This document shows, in pieces, positions 28,728 to 41,868 of a stretch of 64,000 nt of DNA. A program made the position numbers and the translations under genes. The notes under the pieces are model-generated. The model ran no database searches and was not told the origin of the DNA. It saw only the letters and a list, made by a program, of their open reading frames with translations. Location of the stretch: NCBI GenBank assembly GCA_022072025.1, contig JAJVIP010000011.1, positions 81,200 through 145,199 of the forward strand. The letters are read 5' to 3'. Every line of letters starts with the position of its first letter. Within the stretch, counting starts at the first letter, position 1. The stretch comes from Elusimicrobiota bacterium (GTDB lineage: Bacteria > Elusimicrobiota > Elusimicrobia > F11).

Positions 28728-29847
28728 ATGTTTCTCCGCACAATTACGCTTCGACAGTTTCGCAATCACAAAGAGTTACAGTTGGAAGTTGAATCGGGTG
28801 TTAATTTGTTGATTGGCTCCAATGGGGCCGGAAAAACAAATGTTATTGAAGCCATTGCGGTACTCACCACAGGGTTTTCTCCCCGGGGCGCAGAACCAGA
28901 AACATTGGTTGAGTGGAACCAAGAGGGCTTTTTCATCAAGGGAGATTTTCATTACGAAGAGGAAGGGTTTGATCCTCTCTCGCTTGAAATGAAATATCGG
29001 TTGGGGTCCGTGCGAGTTGTTCGACAAAATGGAAAAATTCCCGTCAAATTAAGAGACTTAATGGGCCGGGTCCCTTTGGTGAGTTTTGTTCCTGAAGATT
29101 TGGCTTTGGTCAAAGGTGAACCGGAGCTCAGGCGACGGGCCATGAATATGATTTTGTGTCAGGTGGACCCTATGTATTCCGCCGTTCTCCGGAAATATTC
29201 TGAAGCTGTAAAATCACGCAACGCAGCTTTGAGGCAATTGGCGGAAGGAGTTATTGGAAAAGAAGCTTTGGTTCCTTGGAATCAAGCGGTCGTCGAACAG
29301 GGTTTGATTTTGTGCCGAAAGCGAGCTGAATTTCTGGAAGAATTTTCAATACGCGTTTCAAAAATTCAAGAACGAATCAGTGATCATCAAGAAAATGTGA
29401 GCCTTGAGTACAAGCCCTCTTTTATCGGTCCCTGGAATGAAACGGCAGGGGCCCGCTGGTTTGAAGAGATGAATCGATGTGAAGCGCAGGAGTTGGCGAT
29501 GGGTTCAACGGTGATGGGGCCGCATCGAGATGATGTGTTGTTCCTCATGAATGGACGAGCGGCCCGGCAATTTTCTTCGGAAGGACAAAAACGAACCACG
29601 GCCGTCGCATTTAAGCTCGCGGAGATTCCTTATGTGGAAGAAAAATTGGGACAAAAGCCCATCTGCTTGCTGGATGATGTCCTTTCCGAGTTGGATGCGA
29701 AGCGAGCCGCTCATTTGTTGGAAGAGCTCTCGCGCACGGGCCAATGTTTTGTCACCATGACGGGTCTTGAATCGTGGCCGCGCGAACGGGATTTACCCGC
29801 GGCGGTCTTTCGAGTTGATTCCTCGGGAGTAAAGCGAGAAGAAATTT

Positions 29848-29855
<8 letters not shown>
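28728..29855 (+). CDS. recF: DNA replication/repair protein RecF
   Basis: GSNGAGKTN, GPHRDD, SEGQKR, LLDDVLSELD. Confidence 0.96.
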
Positions 29856-32674
<2,819 letters not shown>

Positions 32675-32691
32675 TTTAGGAGATCTATTCC

Positions 32692-35163
32692 ATGGCCAAG
32701 GAAGAAAAACCAAAACAAACGGATTTTCGCACTGCTCCAACCAACATTGAAGATGAAATGAAAACCTCTTACATCGATTACGCCATGAGCGTAATTGTGG
32801 GGCGCGCCATCCCTGATGTGAGAGATGGTCTAAAACCAGTCCATCGTCGTGTGCTCTACACCATTGATGAAATGGGATTGGCCTACAACAAGCCCTACAA
32901 GAAATCAGCTCGCGTCGTTGGAGACGTTTTGGGTAAGTATCACCCCCACGGCGATTTGTCGGTGTATGACGCGTTGGTTCGCATGGTTCAAGATTTTTCT
33001 CTTCGGTACCCCCTCATTGACGGTCAAGGCAACTTTGGTTCTGTGGACGGAGATTCTCCGGCGGCGATGCGCTACACCGAAGTGCGTCCTGCTCGGATTA
33101 CCGATGAGCTCATAACTGACATTGACAAAGAAACAGTTGATTTCGTCCCCAACTATGATGGTTCTTTGCGGGAGCCGTCCATTTTGCCAGCGCGCCTTCC
33201 CAATTTGCTGATCAACGGGTCCTCTGGCATTGCGGTGGGTATGGCCACAAATATCCCCCCCCATAACATCACCGAAGTGTGTGACGCGACGATGGCTGTC
33301 ATCGAAAATCCGGAAATTGAAATTAAAGAACTGTCCAAATTTGTGAAGGGCCCCGATTTCCCGACGGGTGGAATTATTCTTGGTAAACAGGGCATCAAGG
33401 ATTATTTTGAAAAGGGCCGAGGTTCAGTGCGTGTTCGCGCCAAGACTGAAATCGAAGATATCAAAGGCGGTCGCCAAGCCATTATTGTTAATGAATTACC
33501 GTATCAAGTGAACAAAGCAGTTTTGCTCGAAAGCATTGCGGAATTGGTTCGTGATAAAAAGATTACGGAGATATCCGACCTTCGAGATGAATCGAACCGT
33601 GAAGGGATACGGATGGTCATTGAAATCAAACGCGATGGGAACGCGCAAATCGTTTTGAATCAGCTCTATAAGATGACCCAGTTGGAAACTTCTTTTGGCG
33701 TCATTATGTTGGCCTTGGCTGGTGGAAAACCCAAGGTTTTGTCACTTAAAGACACGATTACTCATTATTTGGCTCACCGCCAAGAGGTGGTCATACGACG
33801 GACCCAATTTGAATTGGCCAAGGCCGAGGCGCGGGCCCATATTTTGGAAGCACTTCGAATAGCCATTGATCATTTGGACGAAGTCATAAAAATTATCCGT
33901 CAATCAAAAGACACGCCCACGGCTCGTGAAAAATTAATAGCACGTTTTGAATTTTCTCAGATACAAGCCCAAGCCATTTTGGACATGCGTCTACATCAAT
34001 TGACCAACTTAGAGCGGGAAGCGCTTGAAAATGAATACAAAGAACTGATCAAAACGATTGCTCGACTTAAGGGTATTCTAGCGGACCCGAAAAAGGTGAT
34101 GGCGATCATTCGAGAAGAATTAACCGCTATTCGGGACAAATACGGGGACAAACGCCGCACCCAAATTCAAGCTTCATTTGAAGAATTCGATGTTGAAGAT
34201 CTTATCGCTGATGAAGAAGTGGTGGTCACCATTTCTCATACCGGCTATGTGAAACGGTTGCCGGCGGACACGTACCGTGCTCAAGGGCGTGGCGGACGTG
34301 GTTTGACTGGAATGACCACCAAGGAAGAAGATTTTGTGGAACAAGTATTTGTGACAAGCACTTTGGCGCACTTGCTCCTTTTCACGAGCCGCGGTCGCGT
34401 TTATGGCATTCGTGTCTATGAAATTCCAGACGCCGGACGAACGGCGCGTGGAAAAGCTATGGCCAATTTTATTCCCATCGAATCCACGGAAAAGATTACG
34501 GCCGCCATTGCCATTCGTTCATTCTCGGAAGGCACAGAAGGTTTTCTCACGCTTTGCACGCGGGGCGGTCAAATCAAGAAGACACCGATCACAGAATTCG
34601 ACAGTATCCGCAAGAGCGGCATTATCGCGATGGGTTTGGACGAAGGCGATATTTTGATTGGGGCCAAGTTGGTAGACGGTAAAAAAGACATCCTATTGGC
34701 CACGAGCGCGGGTATGTCCATTCGGTTCCCCGAGAGCGAAATTCGGGCGATGGGCCGAGGAGCCGGTGGAGTTCGCGGCATCAAGCTTGAGACAGGCGAC
34801 CAGGTGGTCGGTCTTGAAGTCGTCGATCCCAAAGAAGAGAAGAACTTAACGCTTCTTACCACTTGTGAGTTTGGTTATGGCAAGCGGACAGAGCTTTCTG
34901 AATATCGAGATCAATCCCGGGGTGGCAAAGGAGTCATCACCATCAAAGCGACCGATCGAAATGGGCCTGTGGTGGGGATTCGGTTGGTCACCGATAAAGA
35001 TGATGTGATGATCATGACTGAAAAAGGGATGGCCATTCGGCTTCATTGTAAAGATCTCTCAGTTATATCCCGCAATACCCAAGGGGTTCGGCTGGTTCGC
35101 CTGGAAGAAGGGGATAAAGTGGCCGCAATCGCGTCGGTTGTCTCGGAAGTTCCAGAGGGATAG
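32692..35163 (+). CDS. gyrA: DNA gyrase subunit A
   Basis: DGLKPVHRR, YHPHGD, AAMRYTE, GyrA-box QGRGGRG, beta-pinwheel repeats. Confidence 0.98.
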   Translation: MAKEEKPKQTDFRTAPTNIEDEMKTSYIDYAMSVIVGRAIPDVRDGLKPVHRRVLYTIDEMGLAYNKPYKKSARVVGDVLGKYHPHGDLSVYDALVRMVQDFSLRYPLIDGQGNFGSVDGDSPAAMRYTEVRPARITDELITDIDKETVDFVPNYDGSLREPSILPARLPNLLINGSSGIAVGMATNIPPHNITEVCDATMAVIENPEIEIKELSKFVKGPDFPTGGIILGKQGIKDYFEKGRGSVRVRAKTEIEDIKGGRQAIIVNELPYQVNKAVLLESIAELVRDKKITEISDLRDESNREGIRMVIEIKRDGNAQIVLNQLYKMTQLETSFGVIMLALAGGKPKVLSLKDTITHYLAHRQEVVIRRTQFELAKAEARAHILEALRIAIDHLDEVIKIIRQSKDTPTAREKLIARFEFSQIQAQAILDMRLHQLTNLEREALENEYKELIKTIARLKGILADPKKVMAIIREELTAIRDKYGDKRRTQIQASFEEFDVEDLIADEEVVVTISHTGYVKRLPADTYRAQGRGGRGLTGMTTKEEDFVEQVFVTSTLAHLLLFTSRGRVYGIRVYEIPDAGRTARGKAMANFIPIESTEKITAAIAIRSFSEGTEGFLTLCTRGGQIKKTPITEFDSIRKSGIIAMGLDEGDILIGAKLVDGKKDILLATSAGMSIRFPESEIRAMGRGAGGVRGIKLETGDQVVGLEVVDPKEEKNLTLLTTCEFGYGKRTELSEYRDQSRGGKGVITIKATDRNGPVVGIRLVTDKDDVMIMTEKGMAIRLHCKDLSVISRNTQGVRLVRLEEGDKVAAIASVVSEVPEG

Positions 35164-35235
35164 TTCCCAAGCGCAAATTTTTTTTGAGCTGATTTTTCAA
35201 TACAAAACCCATTTATTCACAAGATTTTTTGGATT

Positions 35236-35269
35236 TTGTCATTGCTTTGTCACAGTTTTCCTTTAGACT
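35236..35269 (+). promoter_or_regulatory. Pho-box-like direct repeat plus -10 element
   Basis: TTGTCAT-TGCT-TTGTCAC, 10 nt, TAGACT, 6 nt, ATG. Confidence 0.55.
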
Positions 35270-35275
35270 TCAGAC

Positions 35276-35650
35276 ATGGATAACAGGGACCGAAGACAAC
35301 ATCCAAGACTCGAGGGTCAATTCCAAGTTGATCTTCTGAATATGGGGGATGACCCCGCCATCTCAGAGTTTGAATGTGTGGTGACTGGCGAGGCTCTTGA
35401 TATTTCAAGAACGGGACTGCGACTAAAAGTAACCTACCGAGTTCCCGTGGGCACTTTTTTAAGTGCCATCGTATACTACAGAAACCATGAATCTATTTGT
35501 TTGTGTGAAGTGGTGTGGCGTCGAGAACTCATGGGTGAGCAAGTATATGGCCTCTATGTTCGAGAATGGTCCAAGCTGGATTGCCAACTTTCCCAACGGT
35601 TCGCGGGCATGGAAAGTCAAGGGAATCCACAGATTGCCTACCAAGATTAG
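35276..35650 (+). CDS. PilZ domain protein
   Basis: RRQHPR (RxxxR) and DISRTG (DxSxxG). Confidence 0.88.
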   Translation: MDNRDRRQHPRLEGQFQVDLLNMGDDPAISEFECVVTGEALDISRTGLRLKVTYRVPVGTFLSAIVYYRNHESICLCEVVWRRELMGEQVYGLYVREWSKLDCQLSQRFAGMESQGNPQIAYQD

Positions 35651-35723
35651 CAACCCCCCCACCCTACCCTCTCCTTATTCTCTTAGGTGAAATTTCCTCA
35701 AATCTCGTTTATCCTTCTGAAGT

Positions 35724-36515
35724 ATGGTTGGTCGGTTACTGTTTTCCATCGGCGGGATTTTAGCTGGATTGATGGTTCCCTTCAGCTGGTTCTTGTGGCG
35801 GGCCTTTTCATCGCGTCATGAGTGGTGGATGGCGTTTTTAAAAAAAGAAATGAGCCATCATCACGAAATCTATATTTGTACCGGTTTATTTTCCGTTATG
35901 ATTTTCTCCATTGTTGGATATTTACTCGGCAAGAAAAATGATGACCTCAGACTGGAATCGAAAAACGTCGAAGATTCCAATCGAACCCTAAACCATTTGG
36001 CAACCACCGATGGGCTCACGGGGCTTTTCAACGCACGATATATGAACGACAGGATGAATATCGAAATCGAAGGTTCTCGGATCTCCCCCTTAACTTGTTT
36101 GCTTGTTGATGTTGATCATTTCAAAAGAATCAATGATGGTTACGGCCATCCTTTTGGAGATGAAGTATTGGTTCGTGTGGCACAAATCATGAAGCAATCC
36201 GCACGCCGGATTGATCCGGTGGGGCGAATGGGTGGGGAAGAATTTCTGGTTCTTTTACCTGGTGCGCCATGTAGACGCGCTCAGGAGATTGCTCAAAAAA
36301 TTAGACGCGACGTTTCGAACGAACCTTTTTTGTTTGAAGGAAAACCTGTCCATGTGACAGTGAGTGTGGGTTTGGCCACCTGTCCCTCAATCGGCATCTC
36401 AAATCAAAGTGAATTGTTGCATGCTGTCGATGAAGCACTTTACTCGGCCAAACGGTCCGGACGAAACCGCGTGGTCGCTTGGAAACCCCCTCAAGACCAG
36501 AGGAAAGCCGCTTAA
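35724..36515 (+). CDS. Membrane-anchored diguanylate cyclase
   Basis: Two TMs, TDGLTGLFN, DVDHFKRIND, RxxD I-site (RRID), GGEEF. Confidence 0.92.
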   Translation: MVGRLLFSIGGILAGLMVPFSWFLWRAFSSRHEWWMAFLKKEMSHHHEIYICTGLFSVMIFSIVGYLLGKKNDDLRLESKNVEDSNRTLNHLATTDGLTGLFNARYMNDRMNIEIEGSRISPLTCLLVDVDHFKRINDGYGHPFGDEVLVRVAQIMKQSARRIDPVGRMGGEEFLVLLPGAPCRRAQEIAQKIRRDVSNEPFLFEGKPVHVTVSVGLATCPSIGISNQSELLHAVDEALYSAKRSGRNRVVAWKPPQDQRKAA

Positions 36516-36586
36516 ACTCTCCCATTCCAGCAAATTCCCTTTTGTATACTCCGGCACATTCAATTTTCATGAATTTGGTTTTTGAT

Positions 36587-36675
36587 GGAGGGGTCGCATA
36601 GTGGCCTAGTGCGCTGGTTTGCTAAACCGGTATACGGGTTATACCGTATCGAGGGTTCGAATCCCTCCCCCTCCG
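36587..36675 (+). tRNA. tRNA-Ser(GCT), CCA not encoded
   Basis: Acceptor GGAGGGG/CCCCTCC, anticodon arm CTGGT-TTGCTAA-ACCGG, long variable arm, T-arm GAGGG-TTCGAAT-CCCTC, discriminator G. Confidence 0.95.
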
Positions 36676-36750
36676 AATTTGAGGTACTTACCGGGCACAG
36701 TTTTGGCCAAATCTCGCCTATGGACGAATTATTGGCAACACAACCTGAAA

Positions 36751-38418
36751 ATGACCAAAAACCTATTAAAAACCATCACACTTCTCTGCCTAGGCGGAAT
36801 TTTTGTGGCCTTTTTCCCCTGGATTTTTTCCTTTCAAGGTCAAGTGTTGGGTCAACGTATTTCTATTCGATCTTTGGGCGATTCCCTGGGGATTTTATTG
36901 GTGATCCTTGGGCTTTTCGCTCTTATCAGACCTCATTTTCGTAGAGGTCTTGATGATTTCGCCAAAAATTTGGACGGCCTTCCAAAACCATTTCAAGATA
37001 GGATCATGGGTATCGCCTTGTTGATTCATTTGATGGGAATCATCAGTCACAAACTCCGAGCCCATTTCATGTTGAGCACCCATGCCTTTGACTTGGGTTT
37101 TTTCTCCAATATTTGCTGGAACACGGCGAATGGAAACTGGTTTTTTAGCTCGGATTTGGAACGAAATTTCATGTCAGTTCATGTGAATTGGATTTTGTGG
37201 CCTTTATCTTTTTTTTATCGGTTTTTCCCCACCTCCGCAGTGCTTCTGGTGGCACAGGCCGTTTTTATGTGCTCGGCCGTATTTATTTTTTGGATTCTGG
37301 CTCAAAAAATCACAGGGCGTTTTTCGGCTGGTGGGTTGGCCTCTCTTCTGTTGGCCTGTTCCCCCTATTTCAACCATTCTATTTCCAATGATTTTCATCC
37401 AGATACGTGGCTCCTGCCTTGTTTAATGGCCGCCTTGTGGGCCTGGAAAAGTAATAAGCCCGTGATGTTGCTTTTATTCGCGCTTGGTTCATTGGCAGCC
37501 AAAGAAGATCTGTCGGTTGTTTTGTGTGGATTTGGTTTGTTGTTAATTTTCCAACAAAAATGGCGGGTCGCGGGGGCCAGCTTGATTGTCTTGTCTTTAG
37601 CGGTGTTTTTGTTTCACACCCAATATTTTATCCCTCACTTCATTGAAGGTTCCTCAGAGTCACTTCTTTTTACGCGTTATCCATTGTTGGGTTCAAATTT
37701 TGAAGAAATTGTACGAGGTTTATTTCTGGAGCCAACCCGATTGTTGCGTGCTTTGGCCTATGAACCCAGTAAATATTGGCGGTTTTTTTGTTATTTTTTT
37801 CCGACGGCCGGTTTAACTTTCTTGTCTCCGCTGTTTTTAATTCCCCCCGTCATCAGTGTGATGCCACATCTCCTGTCTCAAGCTTCCACGCAACTGTCTT
37901 TGGCGGATATTTATTCTCTTCCGTCACAACCTTTTATTTTCGTGGGAGCGGTCTTGGGTGCTCAACGATTGGTGGTATGGCGCGGCGGAAAAATTATTCC
38001 ATTTATAATTTCGATCTTGTTGGTGGTAGCTGGGCTTGGGATTTTAAATTCCCCCCGTTTTTTCCGGAATCAAGCTCGCGCTCGAACGGAGGCTTTTTCT
38101 GAGATAAAACGATTGATACCGGATCAAGCCTCCCTGGTGGCCCAACAAAGCCTGCATCCTCATTTTGAGTGCCGTGCCAACATCCAATTGTTTCCGATCG
38201 GCTTCTCCATGCCCTCTTTGCAAAAGCGCTATATGACAAACCCGGAATTTATTTTGGCTGATCGAATTGGCAATGCGCTGCCCTATGATGGGTTCTTTTT
38301 GACTGCTGCGATTCAAGAACTCGAAAATAACCCGGATTACGAAAAGATTTTTGAACGAGAAAATTTCTTGTTGTTCAAGCGGCGCGTCGATGAGAATCTT
38401 CGCTGGCAAGGAACTTAA
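36751..38418 (+). CDS. DUF2079-like GT-C membrane protein
   Basis: Multi-TM with FDLGFF, DFHP and KED motifs; start moved to ATG 36751 to avoid overlapping the tRNA. Confidence 0.75.
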   Translation: MTKNLLKTITLLCLGGIFVAFFPWIFSFQGQVLGQRISIRSLGDSLGILLVILGLFALIRPHFRRGLDDFAKNLDGLPKPFQDRIMGIALLIHLMGIISHKLRAHFMLSTHAFDLGFFSNICWNTANGNWFFSSDLERNFMSVHVNWILWPLSFFYRFFPTSAVLLVAQAVFMCSAVFIFWILAQKITGRFSAGGLASLLLACSPYFNHSISNDFHPDTWLLPCLMAALWAWKSNKPVMLLLFALGSLAAKEDLSVVLCGFGLLLIFQQKWRVAGASLIVLSLAVFLFHTQYFIPHFIEGSSESLLFTRYPLLGSNFEEIVRGLFLEPTRLLRALAYEPSKYWRFFCYFFPTAGLTFLSPLFLIPPVISVMPHLLSQASTQLSLADIYSLPSQPFIFVGAVLGAQRLVVWRGGKIIPFIISILLVVAGLGILNSPRFFRNQARARTEAFSEIKRLIPDQASLVAQQSLHPHFECRANIQLFPIGFSMPSLQKRYMTNPEFILADRIGNALPYDGFFLTAAIQELENNPDYEKIFERENFLLFKRRVDENLRWQGT

Positions 38419-38420
38419 AC

Positions 38421-40211
38421 CTGAACGCCTTACAATCTGAAAAAAGCCCCTATTTGCGTCAGCATGCCAAAAACCCTGTGAATTGGCATCCATGGCATGA
38501 GGACGCGCTTAAACAGGCCAAAGAAGCCAATCTCCCTATTTTCCTGTCTATTGGGTACTCCACTTGTCACTGGTGCCATGTCATGGCCCATGAATCGTTT
38601 GAAAACGAGAACACGGCCAAATTCATGAACGAAAATTTTTTCAATATCAAGGTGGATCGTGAAGAACGGCCCGATGTGGATGCGATTTATATGATGGCGG
38701 TCCAAGCCCTCACAGGTTCAGGAGGGTGGCCTTTATCGGTGTGGTTGACCCCGGACTTAAAACCTTTTTTTGCGGGAACCTACTTTCCGCCGGAGGAGCG
38801 GTACGGACGGGCAAGCTTTTCTTCTGTTCTGCATCAATTGGCTGATATATGGTTTCACGAGCGATCCAAAATATTGGAATCGGCTGAACAAATATCAGAA
38901 ATGTTAAAGCAGTTCGCCGGGAATTCGTCTCAGGCCGTGTCAGATCCCCTCCAGATAAGAAACCTGGCCCGCCAAACCTATGAGTCACTTCAATCCATGT
39001 TTGATCCAAAGTTTGGAGGGTTCGGTCCAGCGCCAAAATTTCCCATGCCTGTTTATCTGTCTTTCCTGTTAGATTATTTTGAGCGGACCCACGAACCCAA
39101 CGCACTGGCCATGGTGGAATTGACGATGGAAAAAATATCGATGGGTGGAATTTATGATCAATTGGGAGGTGGATATGCCCGTTATTCAACGGATGAAAAA
39201 TGGCTGGTTCCCCATTTTGAGAAGATGCTTTATGACAATGCGCAATTAATTTCCGTCACCGCTCAATTGTTTAAGTTAACGGGGCAAAATAAATGGAAGG
39301 AATTAACCCGTGAAGCCGTTTCCTATGTCATCAAAGACTTGGGTCACCCAGAAGGAGGTTTTTATTCTGCGGAAGATGCTGACAGTGAGGGAAAAGAGGG
39401 AACTTTTTATCTCTGGACGCTTCAACAAGTAATAGAACATTTGACCCAAAAGGAAGCGGATGCCTTTATTAAATTCTTCGGACCGACCCTTCAGGGGAAT
39501 TTCGTGGATCCCCACCACCTTGAAGACGGGAAAAACATTCTCGCCCAAACAGGGGCCTCTGTTGATCCCGAAGCTTTAATATCGGCGAAAAAGAAATTAT
39601 TGGCGGTGCGCAATCAACGTCCCCGGCCTGCCCGTGATGAAAAAATTTTGGTGGAATGGAATGGGTTGATGATCAGCGCCCTCATCCAAGCTTTTAAGGT
39701 TTTGCAAGACCCTTCCTATTTGGAAATGGCAGAGAAAACAGCTCAATTCATTCATAGGAGAATGTTTGACTCAACCGCGGTTCAACTGTATCGAAGTTGG
39801 TGTGATGGTGTTTGCATAGTGAAAGCTCAACAAAGTGATTTTTCCTTTCTTATTCAAGGCCTTTTGGATTTGTACGAATGCTCAAACAAAGACAATTGGA
39901 AAGGATGGGCGGTACAATTGCAAGAAATTCATGACCAGTTATTTTTCGATGAGGAATTGGGTGGGTATTTCATGAATAACGCCAGGCCAGATCTGCTGAT
40001 TCGTTTAAAAGATAACAACGACAATGTGATTCCTTCAGGAAATTCCATTGCTGTCCGCAATGGATTTCGTCTAACCCGTTTGATAGATCGGCCTGAGTTT
40101 CAAATACGGGCGAAGAAAACCATCCAAGCTTTTTCATCGCGCCTGGTGTCGCAACCCACTTCGATGGTTTCGTTGGTATCCATTTTAAATTCCAACCTTG
40201 TGGAGTTGTGA
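38421..40211 (+). CDS. YyaL/SPATA20-family thioredoxin-domain protein
   Basis: [43 protein letters not shown]. The conserved N-terminal motif lies upstream of the tracked start, suggesting CTG 38421. Confidence 0.9.
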   Translation: MNALQSEKSPYLRQHAKNPVNWHPWHEDALKQAKEANLPIFLSIGYSTCHWCHVMAHESFENENTAKFMNENFFNIKVDREERPDVDAIYMMAVQALTGSGGWPLSVWLTPDLKPFFAGTYFPPEERYGRASFSSVLHQLADIWFHERSKILESAEQISEMLKQFAGNSSQAVSDPLQIRNLARQTYESLQSMFDPKFGGFGPAPKFPMPVYLSFLLDYFERTHEPNALAMVELTMEKISMGGIYDQLGGGYARYSTDEKWLVPHFEKMLYDNAQLISVTAQLFKLTGQNKWKELTREAVSYVIKDLGHPEGGFYSAEDADSEGKEGTFYLWTLQQVIEHLTQKEADAFIKFFGPTLQGNFVDPHHLEDGKNILAQTGASVDPEALISAKKKLLAVRNQRPRPARDEKILVEWNGLMISALIQAFKVLQDPSYLEMAEKTAQFIHRRMFDSTAVQLYRSWCDGVCIVKAQQSDFSFLIQGLLDLYECSNKDNWKGWAVQLQEIHDQLFFDEELGGYFMNNARPDLLIRLKDNNDNVIPSGNSIAVRNGFRLTRLIDRPEFQIRAKKTIQAFSSRLVSQPTSMVSLVSILNSNLVEL

Positions 40212-40241
40212 AAACTCTCCTTTTTTGAGTTTAATTGCATC

Positions 40242-40715
40242 ATGAGCGATATATATATGTCACGGGCTGGTCATGAGAAATTAATGGCCGAACTTAAAAT
40301 GTTGGAGCAACGTAAACGAGATTTGTCGATGGAAATTGGTGAAACTCGAGAACAAGGAGATCTAAGGGAAAATGCGGGTTATCACTTCGCTCGCGAAAAA
40401 CAAAGCGAGACTTTGAGGCGAATAGCTGAAATACACACCAAACTGGCCAACGCGAAAATTATTGAAGATTTGAACCTTCCCAAAGACGAAGTAATTATCG
40501 GCATGAAAGTCACCATTCGTGAAATCGAAACCAGCGATGATTATGAATACACTTTGGTGGGCCCCGAGGAGTCCGACCCGGCGGCTGGTAAAATTTCGGT
40601 TCATGCCCCGATTGCGCAAGGCCTCTTGGGTTCCAAGGTGAATGCGGAAGTGACCATCGACTTGCCGGGTGGGAAAACGAAATTCAAAATTCTCAAGATA
40701 GAAGTGGCCCTTTAA
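40242..40715 (+). CDS. greA: Transcription elongation factor GreA
   Basis: GDLRENAGY, KISVHAPIAQGLLG. Confidence 0.94.
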   Translation: MSDIYMSRAGHEKLMAELKMLEQRKRDLSMEIGETREQGDLRENAGYHFAREKQSETLRRIAEIHTKLANAKIIEDLNLPKDEVIIGMKVTIREIETSDDYEYTLVGPEESDPAAGKISVHAPIAQGLLGSKVNAEVTIDLPGGKTKFKILKIEVAL

Positions 40716-40727
40716 ATCTTCCTGTCA

Positions 40728-41867
40728 GTGAAACTGCTTATTAACTCACGTCACAGAATTCTTTTTTCCATCTTGGGACTTTTACTGATGGTTTCACCGG
40801 GATGCTCTGAAGCTCCCATAGAAAAAATCTCAAAACCAGAAGTCCCCTTGTGGGGGGATGTTCCTTATGGGCGCCCTTCTTGCGTAAAAGGAATCCATCT
40901 GACTTCCTGGTATACGGGTTCCAAAAAAGGCCGTGAACGCTTTGAAAAATTATTTGCGGAAACCGAATTAAACACAGCCGTTATCGATATCAAAGAGTCG
41001 GAAGGAGACGTGTATATTCCTGGTGTCACATTGGAGGGCAAGCCCAATTATGTGGCCGCTATCCCGGATATCAAAGATTACCTCAATTATTTGAAAGCCA
41101 GAGGCGTTTATACCATCGCTCGAATTGTGGTGTTCCACGACAATCATCTGGCTCGCCAAAAACCAGATTGGGCGGTTCGATCTTCCCAGCCCATTCCTCT
41201 TGCCAAGGAGAAAGGATACCGCTCGGATGTGTGGGTGGACAGAAAAGGTTCAGCTTGGGCGGACCCATTCAACCCGCATGTTTGGGACTATCATATCGAT
41301 ATCGCCATGAAAGCGGTGGATTTGGGATTTCAAGGCATTCAATTTGATTACATTCGATTTCCTTCAGACGGTCCAACCAAACTTTGCGTTTATTCCAAAC
41401 CTGCAAACGCGACGACCAAAGTGGAAGCATTGGGTAATTTTTTGGAACGCGCTCGCAAGAAATGCCGTGAACGGGGTGTTGAGTTATCGATTGATGTTTT
41501 TGGTCTGGTGGGTTCCAATGACGATGATATGGGGATAGGACAGAGGTTGAGCCGGCTTTATGAACATGTTGATGTGGTGTCTCCCATGATGTACCCCTCT
41601 CATTACGCCCTTGGAGAATATGGCCTCAAAAACCCCAACCACAGTCCCTACGAAACCATTTACCGGGGAATCAGTGACACAAAAAAAATCATGAAAAATC
41701 CTAATGTCCAATTACGTCCTTACCTACAGGATTTCAGTCTTGGAGTGAAATATACCGCGCAACATGTGCGAGACCAAATCAACGCAGCCGAGGACTTGGG
41801 AATCAATGAATGGTTGCTTTGGAATCCCACTTGCCGTTACACCCGAGAGGCTCTCCTCCCCAACTGA
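40728..41867 (+). CDS. Putative glycoside hydrolase lipoprotein (DUF4015-like)
   Basis: Lipobox-like SPGC, VIDIK, IQFDYIRFP, SPMMYPSHY, LRPYLQDF. Confidence 0.8.
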   Translation: MKLLINSRHRILFSILGLLLMVSPGCSEAPIEKISKPEVPLWGDVPYGRPSCVKGIHLTSWYTGSKKGRERFEKLFAETELNTAVIDIKESEGDVYIPGVTLEGKPNYVAAIPDIKDYLNYLKARGVYTIARIVVFHDNHLARQKPDWAVRSSQPIPLAKEKGYRSDVWVDRKGSAWADPFNPHVWDYHIDIAMKAVDLGFQGIQFDYIRFPSDGPTKLCVYSKPANATTKVEALGNFLERARKKCRERGVELSIDVFGLVGSNDDDMGIGQRLSRLYEHVDVVSPMMYPSHYALGEYGLKNPNHSPYETIYRGISDTKKIMKNPNVQLRPYLQDFSLGVKYTAQHVRDQINAAEDLGINEWLLWNPTCRYTREALLPN

Positions 41868-41868
41868 A

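Noticed and set aside
36619..36750. N-terminal extension of the DUF2079-like ORF, and ORF 36582-36944
   Set aside because: Both overlap the well-formed tRNA-Ser; ATG 36751 gives a normal membrane-protein start.
36587..38418. Genomic island integrated at tRNA-Ser
   Set aside because: No integrase and no duplicated tRNA 3' end were seen downstream.
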